Below the pieces are notes generated by a model, which worked only from the letters and a program-made list of their open reading frames with translations, ran no database searches and was not told the origin of the DNA. From positions 5,152,001-5,216,000 of the forward strand of contig OZ245842.1 in NCBI GenBank assembly GCA_965228895.1: a DNA stretch of 64,000 nucleotides. The letters run 5' to 3'. Position numbers and translations under genes: made by a program. This stretch comes from Alphaproteobacteria bacterium (GTDB lineage: Bacteria > Pseudomonadota > Alphaproteobacteria > SP197). This document shows positions 36,869 through 45,712 of the stretch, piece by piece. How positions within the stretch are numbered: position 1 is the stretch's first letter; each line of letters starts with the position of its first letter.

Positions 36869-37584
36869 CACCCGGTGGTCACCGCGTTCTCGCCGTGTGT
36901 CCGGCACGGGGCGGCAGCAAGGGCATTGCGCTTAAGAACCTGCGTCCTGTCGGCGGCATACCGATGGTAGCGCGTGTCGGCCAGTTGTGCCGTGAGTTGG
37001 ATTGGCTGGATCGCGCCGTGGTGTCGACGGACCATGAGGAGATTGCCTCCGTCGCGGAAGCAAGCGGCCTGTCGGCGCCCTTTCGAAGGCCCGAGGCGCT
37101 ATCCGGCGACCGCATCGGGGACTTGGACGTCCTACATCATGCTCTCACGACATGCGAGGCCGTGGACGACATCGCCTACGACATTGTCGTCATGCTGCAA
37201 CCAACATCACCGCTGCGCCGGGCTGAGCATGTCACGGGCGCCGTTGATGCGCTGGCAGACGGCGACTGGGATGCGTGCTGGACCGTGTCGGAGACTGACT
37301 CCAAGGCGCACCCGCTGAAGCAACTGATCATCGAAAGCGATCAACTCGACTATTACGACGCCGATGGCGCCAACATTGTCGCGCGCCAGCAACTGTCACC
37401 GGTCTATCACCGCAACGGTCTGGCCTATGCCGTGACGCGATCCTGTATCATCGACCAAAAAACGATCATGGGACGTCGAACCAGGGCTCTGGTAACACCC
37501 GGACACTTCGTCAGCATCGACACGGAATACGACATCGCCCTCGTCGAGTTCCTCATGGCGCGGGGACAAGAAGCAAACGTGTGA
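36865..37584 (+). CDS. neuA: Acylneuraminate (CMP-ulosonate) cytidylyltransferase
   Basis: 'PARGGSKGIALKN', 'VSTD', 'RPEALSGD', 'LQPTSPLR', 'RNGLAY', 'SIDTEYD'. Confidence 0.9.
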   Translation: MTPGGHRVLAVCPARGGSKGIALKNLRPVGGIPMVARVGQLCRELDWLDRAVVSTDHEEIASVAEASGLSAPFRRPEALSGDRIGDLDVLHHALTTCEAVDDIAYDIVVMLQPTSPLRRAEHVTGAVDALADGDWDACWTVSETDSKAHPLKQLIIESDQLDYYDADGANIVARQQLSPVYHRNGLAYAVTRSCIIDQKTIMGRRTRALVTPGHFVSIDTEYDIALVEFLMARGQEANV

Positions 37585-38951
37585 AAATCCTCATCTTTAT
37601 CGACGCGGATCTCGTGGTCCGTCACTTCATCATGAGCTTTGCCTTCAGGGAACTCATAGCCCAACATGATGTTACTTTCGTGTTCCCGCAGTCGGGGCAT
37701 GAGCGCATGGGAAAGGTGCGGCCCGAAACGTTGGACCTTTGCGGCGCGGACTACGAGGAGTTGCCAATCGACGCCAAGCGTGTGCGGTTATGGAGTGAAC
37801 TCTTCACCATCGACCGCCTGCGGCTGCGGCCCGGCCGTCAGTTCAAGGCGATCCGCCAGATTTATCGTGGCGCACAGTCGTGGAAGGGTCGTCTTCTTTA
37901 TCAGTCGCTCGCGCTGCCTGGCCTGCGCCAGGTGTTCACGTGGCTCCAATATCGTCGGTTGGCGGCGAACCCCAATCGCGCGATGGAGGCATTGTTCGAT
38001 CGATCCGGCCCCGATCTCGTTGTGCATCCGACGGTGTTGAGCGGACTTTTTATCAACGATCTCGTTCAGCTTGGCGGCCAGCGTCACATTCCACATGTCC
38101 AGATCATGAACTCCTGGGACAACCCATCCAGCAAACAAGCCATTGTCGGGCAGCCCGACCTGTTGCTGGTCTGGGGCGAGCAGACCGAGCAGCACGCTAT
38201 CGCCTATATGGGCATGCCCAAAGACCGTCTCCGCCGCTTCGGTGCGGCCCAGTTTGAGGTCTACAACGAGCCGCCGCGGATGGACCGCGCCGCGTTCTGC
38301 CGGATCCACAACATCGAGCCCGGCCAGCGCATCCTGCTCTACGCCGGATCCAGCAAGGAGACCGACGAGTTCGGGCATTTGACGGCGATCGACGACCTGA
38401 TCGAGCGCGGCGAACTGCCGGCGACGACCGTCGTCTACCGCCCCCATCCCTGGGGCGATGGCGGTCGTGGCGGTCACCGCATCATCGATCACAACTGGAA
38501 ACACGTGCGGCTGGAGCACTCGATGCTCGGCTACCTCGAGCAGGTCAAGGCGGGCAATACGCAGAAGTCGCTGCCTGACTACCGCGACACCCGCGACCTG
38601 CTGTGCAACATCGACGCGCTGGTGTCGCCGCTCTCGACGATCATTGTCGAAGCAGCGCGATTGGGCCGCGCCGTCCTGTGTTTTCTGCCCGAGGACGAGG
38701 TCGAGGAAGCCCAACACCTGCGCATCGCCATGCCCAGCGTCCACTTCGACGCGATGTACGCCATGCCCGGCGTGCTTGTCGCACGCAGCCGCGACGCCAT
38801 GCTTCACTCGCTTCCCGAGCTGCTCGACAACGCCGGCGATGCCGTGAAGATGCAGGCGCTGAAGCAGGCGACCGACACGGTTGTCGAACCTTTTGACGAA
38901 CCTTGGGGCAAACGCTTTGTGCGCCTGGCCGAAGACATGGTGGCCGCATGA
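37581..38951 (+). CDS. GT-B fold protein, putative ulosonate glycosyltransferase
   Basis: 'NSWDNPSSK', 'LVWGEQ', 'GAAQFE', 'YRPHP', 'STIIVEAARLGRAV'; directly follows neuA. Confidence 0.6.
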   Translation: MKILIFIDADLVVRHFIMSFAFRELIAQHDVTFVFPQSGHERMGKVRPETLDLCGADYEELPIDAKRVRLWSELFTIDRLRLRPGRQFKAIRQIYRGAQSWKGRLLYQSLALPGLRQVFTWLQYRRLAANPNRAMEALFDRSGPDLVVHPTVLSGLFINDLVQLGGQRHIPHVQIMNSWDNPSSKQAIVGQPDLLLVWGEQTEQHAIAYMGMPKDRLRRFGAAQFEVYNEPPRMDRAAFCRIHNIEPGQRILLYAGSSKETDEFGHLTAIDDLIERGELPATTVVYRPHPWGDGGRGGHRIIDHNWKHVRLEHSMLGYLEQVKAGNTQKSLPDYRDTRDLLCNIDALVSPLSTIIVEAARLGRAVLCFLPEDEVEEAQHLRIAMPSVHFDAMYAMPGVLVARSRDAMLHSLPELLDNAGDAVKMQALKQATDTVVEPFDEPWGKRFVRLAEDMVAA

Positions 38952-39925
38952 CGTCGCGTCTTGCCGGCGCCACCTGCGCCGTTACCGGCGGCGCTGGGCT
39001 GATCGGATCCTTCCTCGCCGACCAGCTCGTTGATGCCGGTGCTAAGGTCGTGGTCGTCGACGATTTCTCCAAGGGCTCACGCGACAACATCGCCCACCTC
39101 GATGGCACGATCGACGTTCGCGAGGTCGATCTGGAGGTCATGGAATCGGCCCGCGACGCACTTGCCGGCGCCGACATCGTGTTTCATCTGGCCAGCCGCG
39201 CCTACGGTGTCGGCCATGGTGCCGGGCGTCATGGTGAGATCCTGCGCCATAACGAACGCATTACCGACAACGTTCTGGACGCCATCGTGACGTCACCGCC
39301 TGCGCACCTGCTGGTGACGTCGTCGTCGTGTGTCTATTCCGACGATGGCCCCGACACGGTCCCGGAACTGCCGCTTTTCTGCGGTGAGCCGGAGGCCGCC
39401 AACCGCGGTTATGGCTGGGCCAAACGGTTCCTGGAGCAAAAGGCGATCTTAGCTTCAGAGGAGACGGATGTGCCGATCACCATCGTCCGGCCGTTCAACA
39501 TTTATGGCGAGCGCTATGCCTGGGTCGGCGACTCCAGCCAGGCGATCCCGATGCTGGTCAAGAAGGTGATGGACGGCAACGACCCCGTGGTTATCTGGGG
39601 GTCGGGCGAACAGCGGCGCACCTATCTGCATGCCGCCGATTGTGCGCTCATCATGCGGCGTCTGGTTGAGCTGAGTTACACAGACGGTCCGGTCAACATC
39701 GGCCTCAAGGACACCGTGTCGGTGCGCGAGCTTGTCGAGAACATCTGCCGGCTTGCTGAACGACGTCCGGTTCTGACCTGCGACCGGTCGAAACCGGAGG
39801 GCCGTTTCGTCAAGAGCAGCGATCCCACGAGGCTCTTACAGGCCGTGCCGGGATTCGCACCGACCGTTGGCCTCGACGACGGCCTGAACCGCATGATCGG
39901 CTGGTATCGATCGACCTTTTCATGA
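38948..39925 (+). CDS. NAD-dependent nucleotide-sugar epimerase/dehydratase (GDP-mannose 3,5-epimerase-like)
   Basis: 'TGGAGLIGS', 'SSSCVY', 'YGWAK', 'RPFNIYG', 'IWGSGEQRR'. Confidence 0.88.
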   Translation: MTSRLAGATCAVTGGAGLIGSFLADQLVDAGAKVVVVDDFSKGSRDNIAHLDGTIDVREVDLEVMESARDALAGADIVFHLASRAYGVGHGAGRHGEILRHNERITDNVLDAIVTSPPAHLLVTSSSCVYSDDGPDTVPELPLFCGEPEAANRGYGWAKRFLEQKAILASEETDVPITIVRPFNIYGERYAWVGDSSQAIPMLVKKVMDGNDPVVIWGSGEQRRTYLHAADCALIMRRLVELSYTDGPVNIGLKDTVSVRELVENICRLAERRPVLTCDRSKPEGRFVKSSDPTRLLQAVPGFAPTVGLDDGLNRMIGWYRSTFS

Positions 39926-41097
39926 ACCTGGTTCCCGACGGGGCTGCCGGCCGCCTTGGGCGCGGCACGGCGGCCATTCAGCTCTTTACCAAGGGTGATT
40001 TCGGTCAGCGCCTCATCGGTGCCGGTGAAGGCAGCGTACCCCGAGACTTTTTCTATGGTTTCTTGGGAATGGTCGCGCGGGGTTATGACGCACGCTGGCA
40101 GCGCACCGATGGCGCGTATACGGGCGCCGGTGCGTCGATCGATCATCTGCGTGAACGTTTGGTCAGCCGGTTGACCGGCTTAAGCCGCCGCCAAAGGGTG
40201 CTCAAGGAAATGGCCGGCGACTGGCGCCAGGCGAAGGCCGCCGTCAGCTTCACCGATCATTTCAGCCTGACTCTCGGTGACTATCTGGGCCGGCAGACAC
40301 AACGGCCGTTCGCGGCCGGCCTGTTCCATGGCCTCTCGGATATCCAGAACCGGCTGCCGGCGCTCGGACAGATGACGGGCGACCGTTACATCCGCCGCGC
40401 GCTGGCCGGCCTCGACCATGTCGGCTTCTTTGGCCCGGCTGATCGCGATGAAGCGGTGCGGCGTTATGGGCTTGATCCGGAGCAGACCAGCATCTACCCG
40501 TTTGGCATCGATACGGATTTCTGGTCGCCGGGCAACGTCGATACGCGGTCCGATCCGAACGTGCTGTCGGTCGGTTCGGATCCCAGCCGTGACTTCGCCA
40601 CGCTCGCCGCTGCACCGATCGATGCGCCGGTGCGCATCATCACCCGTCTCAAGGTGGATGTTCCGGCCGGACGTGAGGTCGAGGTCACCAGCGGACACTA
40701 CTTCGAAAGCCCGCTCGACGATGTCGGGCTGCGCGACCTCTACCGCAAGGCGTCGGTGGTGGTGGTGACATTGAAGGACGTCTTTCAGCCGACCGGTTAC
40801 AGCGTCTGCCTGCAGGCGATGGCGTGCGGTCGTCCCGTGGTTCTCTCCGATATCAAAGGTCTGTGGGCGCCGGGGCTCTATAAGGACGGCGAGCACTGCT
40901 TGCTGGTACCGCCGGGCGATCCGCGTGCCATGGCCGGGGCGGTCAACCGTCTGCTCGGCGATGCCGAGCTATGTGAACGTCTGGGCAAGGCGGCGCGTCA
41001 GGTGACGCTCGATCATTTTCCGCTGGCGCGCATGGATGACGGCCTCGAGGCGCTGGTGTTGCGGGCGCCTGGAATGGAGCGGCCGTGCCGGACCTGA
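39922..41097 (+). CDS. Glycosyltransferase family 4
   Basis: 'FGIDTDFW', 'RDFATL', 'QAMACGRPVV', 'LVPPGDP'. Confidence 0.88.
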   Translation: MNLVPDGAAGRLGRGTAAIQLFTKGDFGQRLIGAGEGSVPRDFFYGFLGMVARGYDARWQRTDGAYTGAGASIDHLRERLVSRLTGLSRRQRVLKEMAGDWRQAKAAVSFTDHFSLTLGDYLGRQTQRPFAAGLFHGLSDIQNRLPALGQMTGDRYIRRALAGLDHVGFFGPADRDEAVRRYGLDPEQTSIYPFGIDTDFWSPGNVDTRSDPNVLSVGSDPSRDFATLAAAPIDAPVRIITRLKVDVPAGREVEVTSGHYFESPLDDVGLRDLYRKASVVVVTLKDVFQPTGYSVCLQAMACGRPVVLSDIKGLWAPGLYKDGEHCLLVPPGDPRAMAGAVNRLLGDAELCERLGKAARQVTLDHFPLARMDDGLEALVLRAPGMERPCRT

Positions 41098-42113
41098 CCG
41101 TCGCCATTGGTTACCACGTGCAGGATGGTCCCTGGGGCGGCGGCAACCGTTTCGCCAAGGCGCTGGGCGCGGCGTTGGAGGCGCGGGGCGACCGGGTTGT
41201 CTACGATCTCAACGATCCGGCGATCGACGCCATCCTTCTGACAGATCCACGCGCCAGAAGCGCCAATGTCTCGTTCGCCGCCGGCAAGGTCCTGCGTTAC
41301 CTGGCGCGCCGGCCGGAAGCGATCGTCTTTCATCGCATCAACGAGTGCGATGAGCGTAAGGGTACCCGCAACATGAACAAGAGGCTGAAGCGCGCCAATT
41401 ATGTTGCCGACCACACGATCTTCATTGCGTCCTGGCTTCAGGACCTGGATGTCTGGCGACGCGAAACGCCGTCATCGGTGGTGCTTAACGGCGGTGATAC
41501 CGCGATCTTCAACAGCCGGGGCGCCGAATTGTGGGACCATCGCGGGCCGCTCCGGCTTGTGACGCACCATTGGGGCGGCAACCGCATGAAGGGGTTCGAC
41601 GTCTATGAAGAAGTCGACCGCCTGATCGGTACGCCGACGTGGAAAGACCACCTTGACTTCACCTATATCGGCAACCTGCCGCGCGACTTCACGTTTAAGA
41701 ACGCGCGTCATCTGCCGCCGATGGACGGCGACATGCTGGCTGATGAGATCCGCGGCCACCACGTCTACCTGACCGCGTCGATCAACGAACCGGCGGGTAT
41801 GCATCACATCGAAGGCGCGCTGTGCGGCCTGCCCCTGCTTTACCGTGACTCCGGTGCGCTGCCCGAATACTGCACGGGCTTCGGCGAGATGTTTAGCGAT
41901 GTGCGCACGTTCCATCATGCGCTCGGCCGTATGATCCAAGCTTACGACGAGCACCGGGCGTCGCTCGGTGACTACGACCACACGGCGGAGCGGATGTGCC
42001 GGGGCTATCTGGACGTGATCGATCGTCAGATGGCCGATCGCGATGCGGTGGTTGCCCAGCGCCGCCTGTGGCGCCAGCCCAGGGTCGCCATCGCCAACCG
42101 GGTATCGGGCTAG
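41085..42113 (+). CDS. GT4-like glycosyltransferase
   Basis: 'GPWGGGN', 'HRINE', 'NGGDTAIF', 'KGFDVY', 'EPAGMHHIEGALCGLP' (Ex7E). Confidence 0.8.
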   Translation: MPDLTVAIGYHVQDGPWGGGNRFAKALGAALEARGDRVVYDLNDPAIDAILLTDPRARSANVSFAAGKVLRYLARRPEAIVFHRINECDERKGTRNMNKRLKRANYVADHTIFIASWLQDLDVWRRETPSSVVLNGGDTAIFNSRGAELWDHRGPLRLVTHHWGGNRMKGFDVYEEVDRLIGTPTWKDHLDFTYIGNLPRDFTFKNARHLPPMDGDMLADEIRGHHVYLTASINEPAGMHHIEGALCGLPLLYRDSGALPEYCTGFGEMFSDVRTFHHALGRMIQAYDEHRASLGDYDHTAERMCRGYLDVIDRQMADRDAVVAQRRLWRQPRVAIANRVSG

Positions 42114-42116
42114 GCC

Positions 42117-44009
42117 ATGTGCGGTATCGCCGGCCTGATCGACTGGCAGACGCGTATGGGTCCGGACGCGGTCCGTCGCGCGGTCGAGGCGATGACGGAG
42201 CGCCTGGTCCATCGCGGGCCCGACGCCGCGGGTCTGTGGCATGACGCCGACGGTGTCGCGACGCTGGGCCATCGCCGGCTTTCGATTATCGACCTCAGCG
42301 AAACCGGCGCCCAACCCATGGTCTCAGGCAATAGTGACCTCGTGATCACCTATAACGGCGAGCTCTATAACTACCGCGACATTGCCGACGATCTGCGCGC
42401 CCAGGGTGTTGTGCTGAGAGGCGCGTCCGACACGGAGGTCCTGCTTGAAGCGATTTCGCTGTGGGGTCTTGAGACGGCGTTGAAACGATCGGTCGGTATG
42501 TTTGCTTTCGCGCTGTGGTCGCGTTCGCGGCGTGAACTCGTGCTGGCCCGCGACCGGCTCGGCAAGAAACCGCTCTATTGGTCATCTCATGGTAATCGGC
42601 TTGCCTTTGCGTCGGAGCTAACCGCGTTGCTCACCCTCGACACCATGCCGCGCGACATCGACCGCGACGCGTTGACTCTCTACATGCGCCATGCCTGCGT
42701 GCCGGCGCCGCGCACCATCCTTGCCGGCGTCAACAAGCTGATGCCTGGTCACACCATGACCTTCCGCGATGGTGAGCAGAAGAGTGGCTGTTTTTGGGAT
42801 CTGCGCGCGATCGCGCGCCAGGGTGCGCGCCAGCCGCTCGACGTTACGCCAGACGAAGCGGTGAAGACGCTCGACGGGTTGGTCGACGACGCGGTCGCCA
42901 AACGCATGATCGCCGACGTGCCGCTTGGCGCGTTCCTTTCCGGGGGCATTGATTCCTCGCTCATGGTGGCCACCATGCAGGCAAGAAGCCGCACGCCGAT
43001 CAAGACCTTTACCATCGCCTTCGACGAAGAAGGCTGGGACGAGGGCGGCTACGCGCGCGATGTCGCCGAGCGGCTGGGCACCGATCATCGGGAACTGCGC
43101 CTGGCGCCGGATACCGGCCTTGCCATGGTCGACGATGTCGCGGCGTTCTACGACGAGCCGTTTGCCGATGCGTCCCAGCTGGCGACCTGGTTGGTCAGCC
43201 GGCTGGCCCGCGAGGACGTGATCGTCGCGCTATCCGGTGATGGCGGCGACGAGCTGTTCGCCGGTTATTCACGTTATGCGTGGGCGACGGCTGCTCACCA
43301 CCGCTTTCAGCGCGTGCCGCAAGGCGCGCGCCGCGCCGCCGCGGCGCTGCTGGCCGACGCGCCGTTGCCCGGCCACTGGGGCGACCGGCTGCGCCATCAC
43401 GCCGGCATGGCGGACGCCGGCGACACCGACGAACTCTACCGCCGCCTTGTCAGCGCGTGGCGTGAGCCCTCCGGTGTTGTTACCGATGCAACGGAGCCGA
43501 CGGGCGTGTTATGGGACCGCACCCTGACCGGTGATGTGCCGGACCCGATCGCCCGCATGCAGTTGCTCGATGCCATGACCTTCCTGCCCGACGACATTCT
43601 GACCAAACTCGACCGGGCCTCGATGGCGGTCAGCCTGGAAGCGCGCACGCCGCTGCTGGACCATCGCATTGCCGAGTATGCCTTTGCCTTGCCGCGCCAT
43701 GTCATGCGCCTCGACGGCGAGGGCAAGTGGCCGCTGCGCCAACTGCTCTATCGTCACTTGCCCAAGGAGCTGTTCGACCGGCCCAAGCGCGGGTTCTCCG
43801 TGCCGGTCGGCGCCTGGTTGCGCGGTCCCTTAAAGGCATGGGCCGAACGTTTGATCGACCGGCGCCGGCTTAACGATGCCGGCCTGCTCAACGCTCGCGC
43901 GGTCGAGGGCGCTTGGCGCCGACACCAGGCAGGGCGCAGCGGCTGGGCCAACGCGCTCTGGGCGGTCCTGATGTTCGAAGCGTGGCGCGACAGCCACGGT
44001 TTCGCCTGA
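42117..44009 (+). CDS. asnB: Asparagine synthase-like glutamine amidotransferase (sugar amidation)
   Basis: 'MCGIAG', 'HRGPD', 'HRRLSIID', 'NGELYN', 'LSGGIDS', 'SGDGGDELFAGY', 'EARTPLLD'. Confidence 0.93.
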   Translation: MCGIAGLIDWQTRMGPDAVRRAVEAMTERLVHRGPDAAGLWHDADGVATLGHRRLSIIDLSETGAQPMVSGNSDLVITYNGELYNYRDIADDLRAQGVVLRGASDTEVLLEAISLWGLETALKRSVGMFAFALWSRSRRELVLARDRLGKKPLYWSSHGNRLAFASELTALLTLDTMPRDIDRDALTLYMRHACVPAPRTILAGVNKLMPGHTMTFRDGEQKSGCFWDLRAIARQGARQPLDVTPDEAVKTLDGLVDDAVAKRMIADVPLGAFLSGGIDSSLMVATMQARSRTPIKTFTIAFDEEGWDEGGYARDVAERLGTDHRELRLAPDTGLAMVDDVAAFYDEPFADASQLATWLVSRLAREDVIVALSGDGGDELFAGYSRYAWATAAHHRFQRVPQGARRAAAALLADAPLPGHWGDRLRHHAGMADAGDTDELYRRLVSAWREPSGVVTDATEPTGVLWDRTLTGDVPDPIARMQLLDAMTFLPDDILTKLDRASMAVSLEARTPLLDHRIAEYAFALPRHVMRLDGEGKWPLRQLLYRHLPKELFDRPKRGFSVPVGAWLRGPLKAWAERLIDRRRLNDAGLLNARAVEGAWRRHQAGRSGWANALWAVLMFEAWRDSHGFA

Positions 44010-44022
44010 GGCCGGTCAAGGT

Positions 44023-44829
44023 ATGCGCAAGGATATGATCGCCAGCGCCGACTTTTCCGGCCTCGCCGAACCGGATTTTGTCGAGCGTTATTGGACCGAA
44101 GTCTGGCAGCGTCAGGGAACGTCCGATAGTGCGGTGGCCAAGATCCCGACGAAGCCGGAATTCCGCGTCATGACGCCCTATCTGGATGCGCTGCCCCAGG
44201 GCGCGCGCATCGTCGACGGCGGCTGCGGGTTGGGCGACTGGGTGGTGTGCTTGAAGCAGCGCGGCTTCGATGTTCTGGGTATCGATATCAGCCGCGAGAC
44301 CGTCGCTATTCTCAAGGAACGCTTTCCCGATGTCGCCTTCGAGGTCGGCGACATCAGAGAGACCGGTTTGCCCGAGGCAAGCGTCGACGTCTATTTCTCC
44401 TGGGGTGTCTTCGAACACTTCGAGGAAGGGTTGGGCCGCTGTATCGACGAGGCGCTCAGGATCCTAAAGCCCGGTGGTCATCTCTTCATCACCGTGCCTT
44501 TCGACAACATCCGCATGTCACTCAAGGCTTCGTTCGGCAGTCCCGGCGCCTACCGTGAGGCGCGCGACGACGAGCGTTTCTATCAATGGCGGTTGACCCG
44601 CGAGGAGTTGGCGCGCGAACTCTCCCACGGCGGATTCGAAGTCCTCGACGTCATGCCGATGCATAAACGCCAGGGCATGCTGCGTTCGCTGCATCACGAG
44701 TTCGGCCTGCCCTATGGCTGGCTCTTGACGCGCGGCCTTGCGTTCGGTCTGGCGCCCGTCGTGCCTGGACGCGTTGTCGCCCACATGCTGATGGCCGTGG
44801 CGCGCCGTCCGGACGAAACGGCGGGCTGA
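44023..44829 (+). CDS. Class I SAM-dependent methyltransferase
   Basis: 'VDGGCGLG', 'GIDIS', 'GVFEHF', 'LKPGG'. Confidence 0.88.
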   Translation: MRKDMIASADFSGLAEPDFVERYWTEVWQRQGTSDSAVAKIPTKPEFRVMTPYLDALPQGARIVDGGCGLGDWVVCLKQRGFDVLGIDISRETVAILKERFPDVAFEVGDIRETGLPEASVDVYFSWGVFEHFEEGLGRCIDEALRILKPGGHLFITVPFDNIRMSLKASFGSPGAYREARDDERFYQWRLTREELARELSHGGFEVLDVMPMHKRQGMLRSLHHEFGLPYGWLLTRGLAFGLAPVVPGRVVAHMLMAVARRPDETAG

Positions 44830-44834
44830 GCCGG

Positions 44835-45644
44835 ATGGGCGAGATCTGTGGCGATGGCGCGATGTCGGCGGGCGCGCGTGTGGCCTATCTCCTCTGCAAT
44901 GCCGGACGCAACATGGCTGGCGCGTTTGTGCCGCTAAAGGTCGAACGTTGGCGCTTGCCACATGCCGAAATCGGCCGGGCTCGCCATCGCCTGACGTCGC
45001 CGTCGCGCATCGTTTCCGAACACGCGCTGTCATCCGTTCTACGCGCGTGGGCGCCCGATCGCCCGATTACGATCATCGATATCGGTTGTGGCAGCGGCGG
45101 CGCGCGTGAGATGTTTGCCGCCGCCGGACTTCATGGCACCTATGTTGGCGTCGATGTCGACGATCGCTTTCAGCCCGACGGCTGGCCGATGTTCGAAAGC
45201 CGTTTCGTCCAGGCCGACGCCCATGCTGCCGACCTGCCCCAGGCCGATCTGATCTTCTCCTTCTCGGCTCTCGAACACATCCCTGACGACAACCGCCTGA
45301 TCGAACGGTTGCGTGGTTTCGTCAAACCGGACGGCCTTCAGCTCCACATCGTGCCGGCCGGCTGGGCGCTCGCCGCCTATCTGTGGCACGGCTATCGCCA
45401 GTACTCGAGAGCCGCGGTTCGCCGGCGTTTCGACCGCGCGACCACCCGTGTCATCGCCGCCGGCGGCGTGCCCAGTCTGCTGCTCCATGTCTTCGGTATC
45501 GCCGTGCCGGAGATCCTCCTTCGCCGGAACCTTCGCCGCCGTTGGCCTCAAGCCTTCGGTCGCGCCTTGGCTGCTGGCCTGGGCGCCGACCGGTGGCTCG
45601 CCATCGCCCCGACCAACTATGTCGTCGTCGAGCGCGCCGCTTGA
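44835..45644 (+). CDS. Class I SAM-dependent methyltransferase
   Basis: 'IDIGCGSG', 'GVD', 'SALEHIPD', 'KPDG'. Confidence 0.85.
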   Translation: MGEICGDGAMSAGARVAYLLCNAGRNMAGAFVPLKVERWRLPHAEIGRARHRLTSPSRIVSEHALSSVLRAWAPDRPITIIDIGCGSGGAREMFAAAGLHGTYVGVDVDDRFQPDGWPMFESRFVQADAHAADLPQADLIFSFSALEHIPDDNRLIERLRGFVKPDGLQLHIVPAGWALAAYLWHGYRQYSRAAVRRRFDRATTRVIAAGGVPSLLLHVFGIAVPEILLRRNLRRRWPQAFGRALAAGLGADRWLAIAPTNYVVVERAA

Positions 45645-45712
45645 GGATGGGTTTTGCGTGCGGCCGCGATCCGCTCTAAAAGGCCGCATCACATCCGCTC
45701 TTCGCAGTAATC

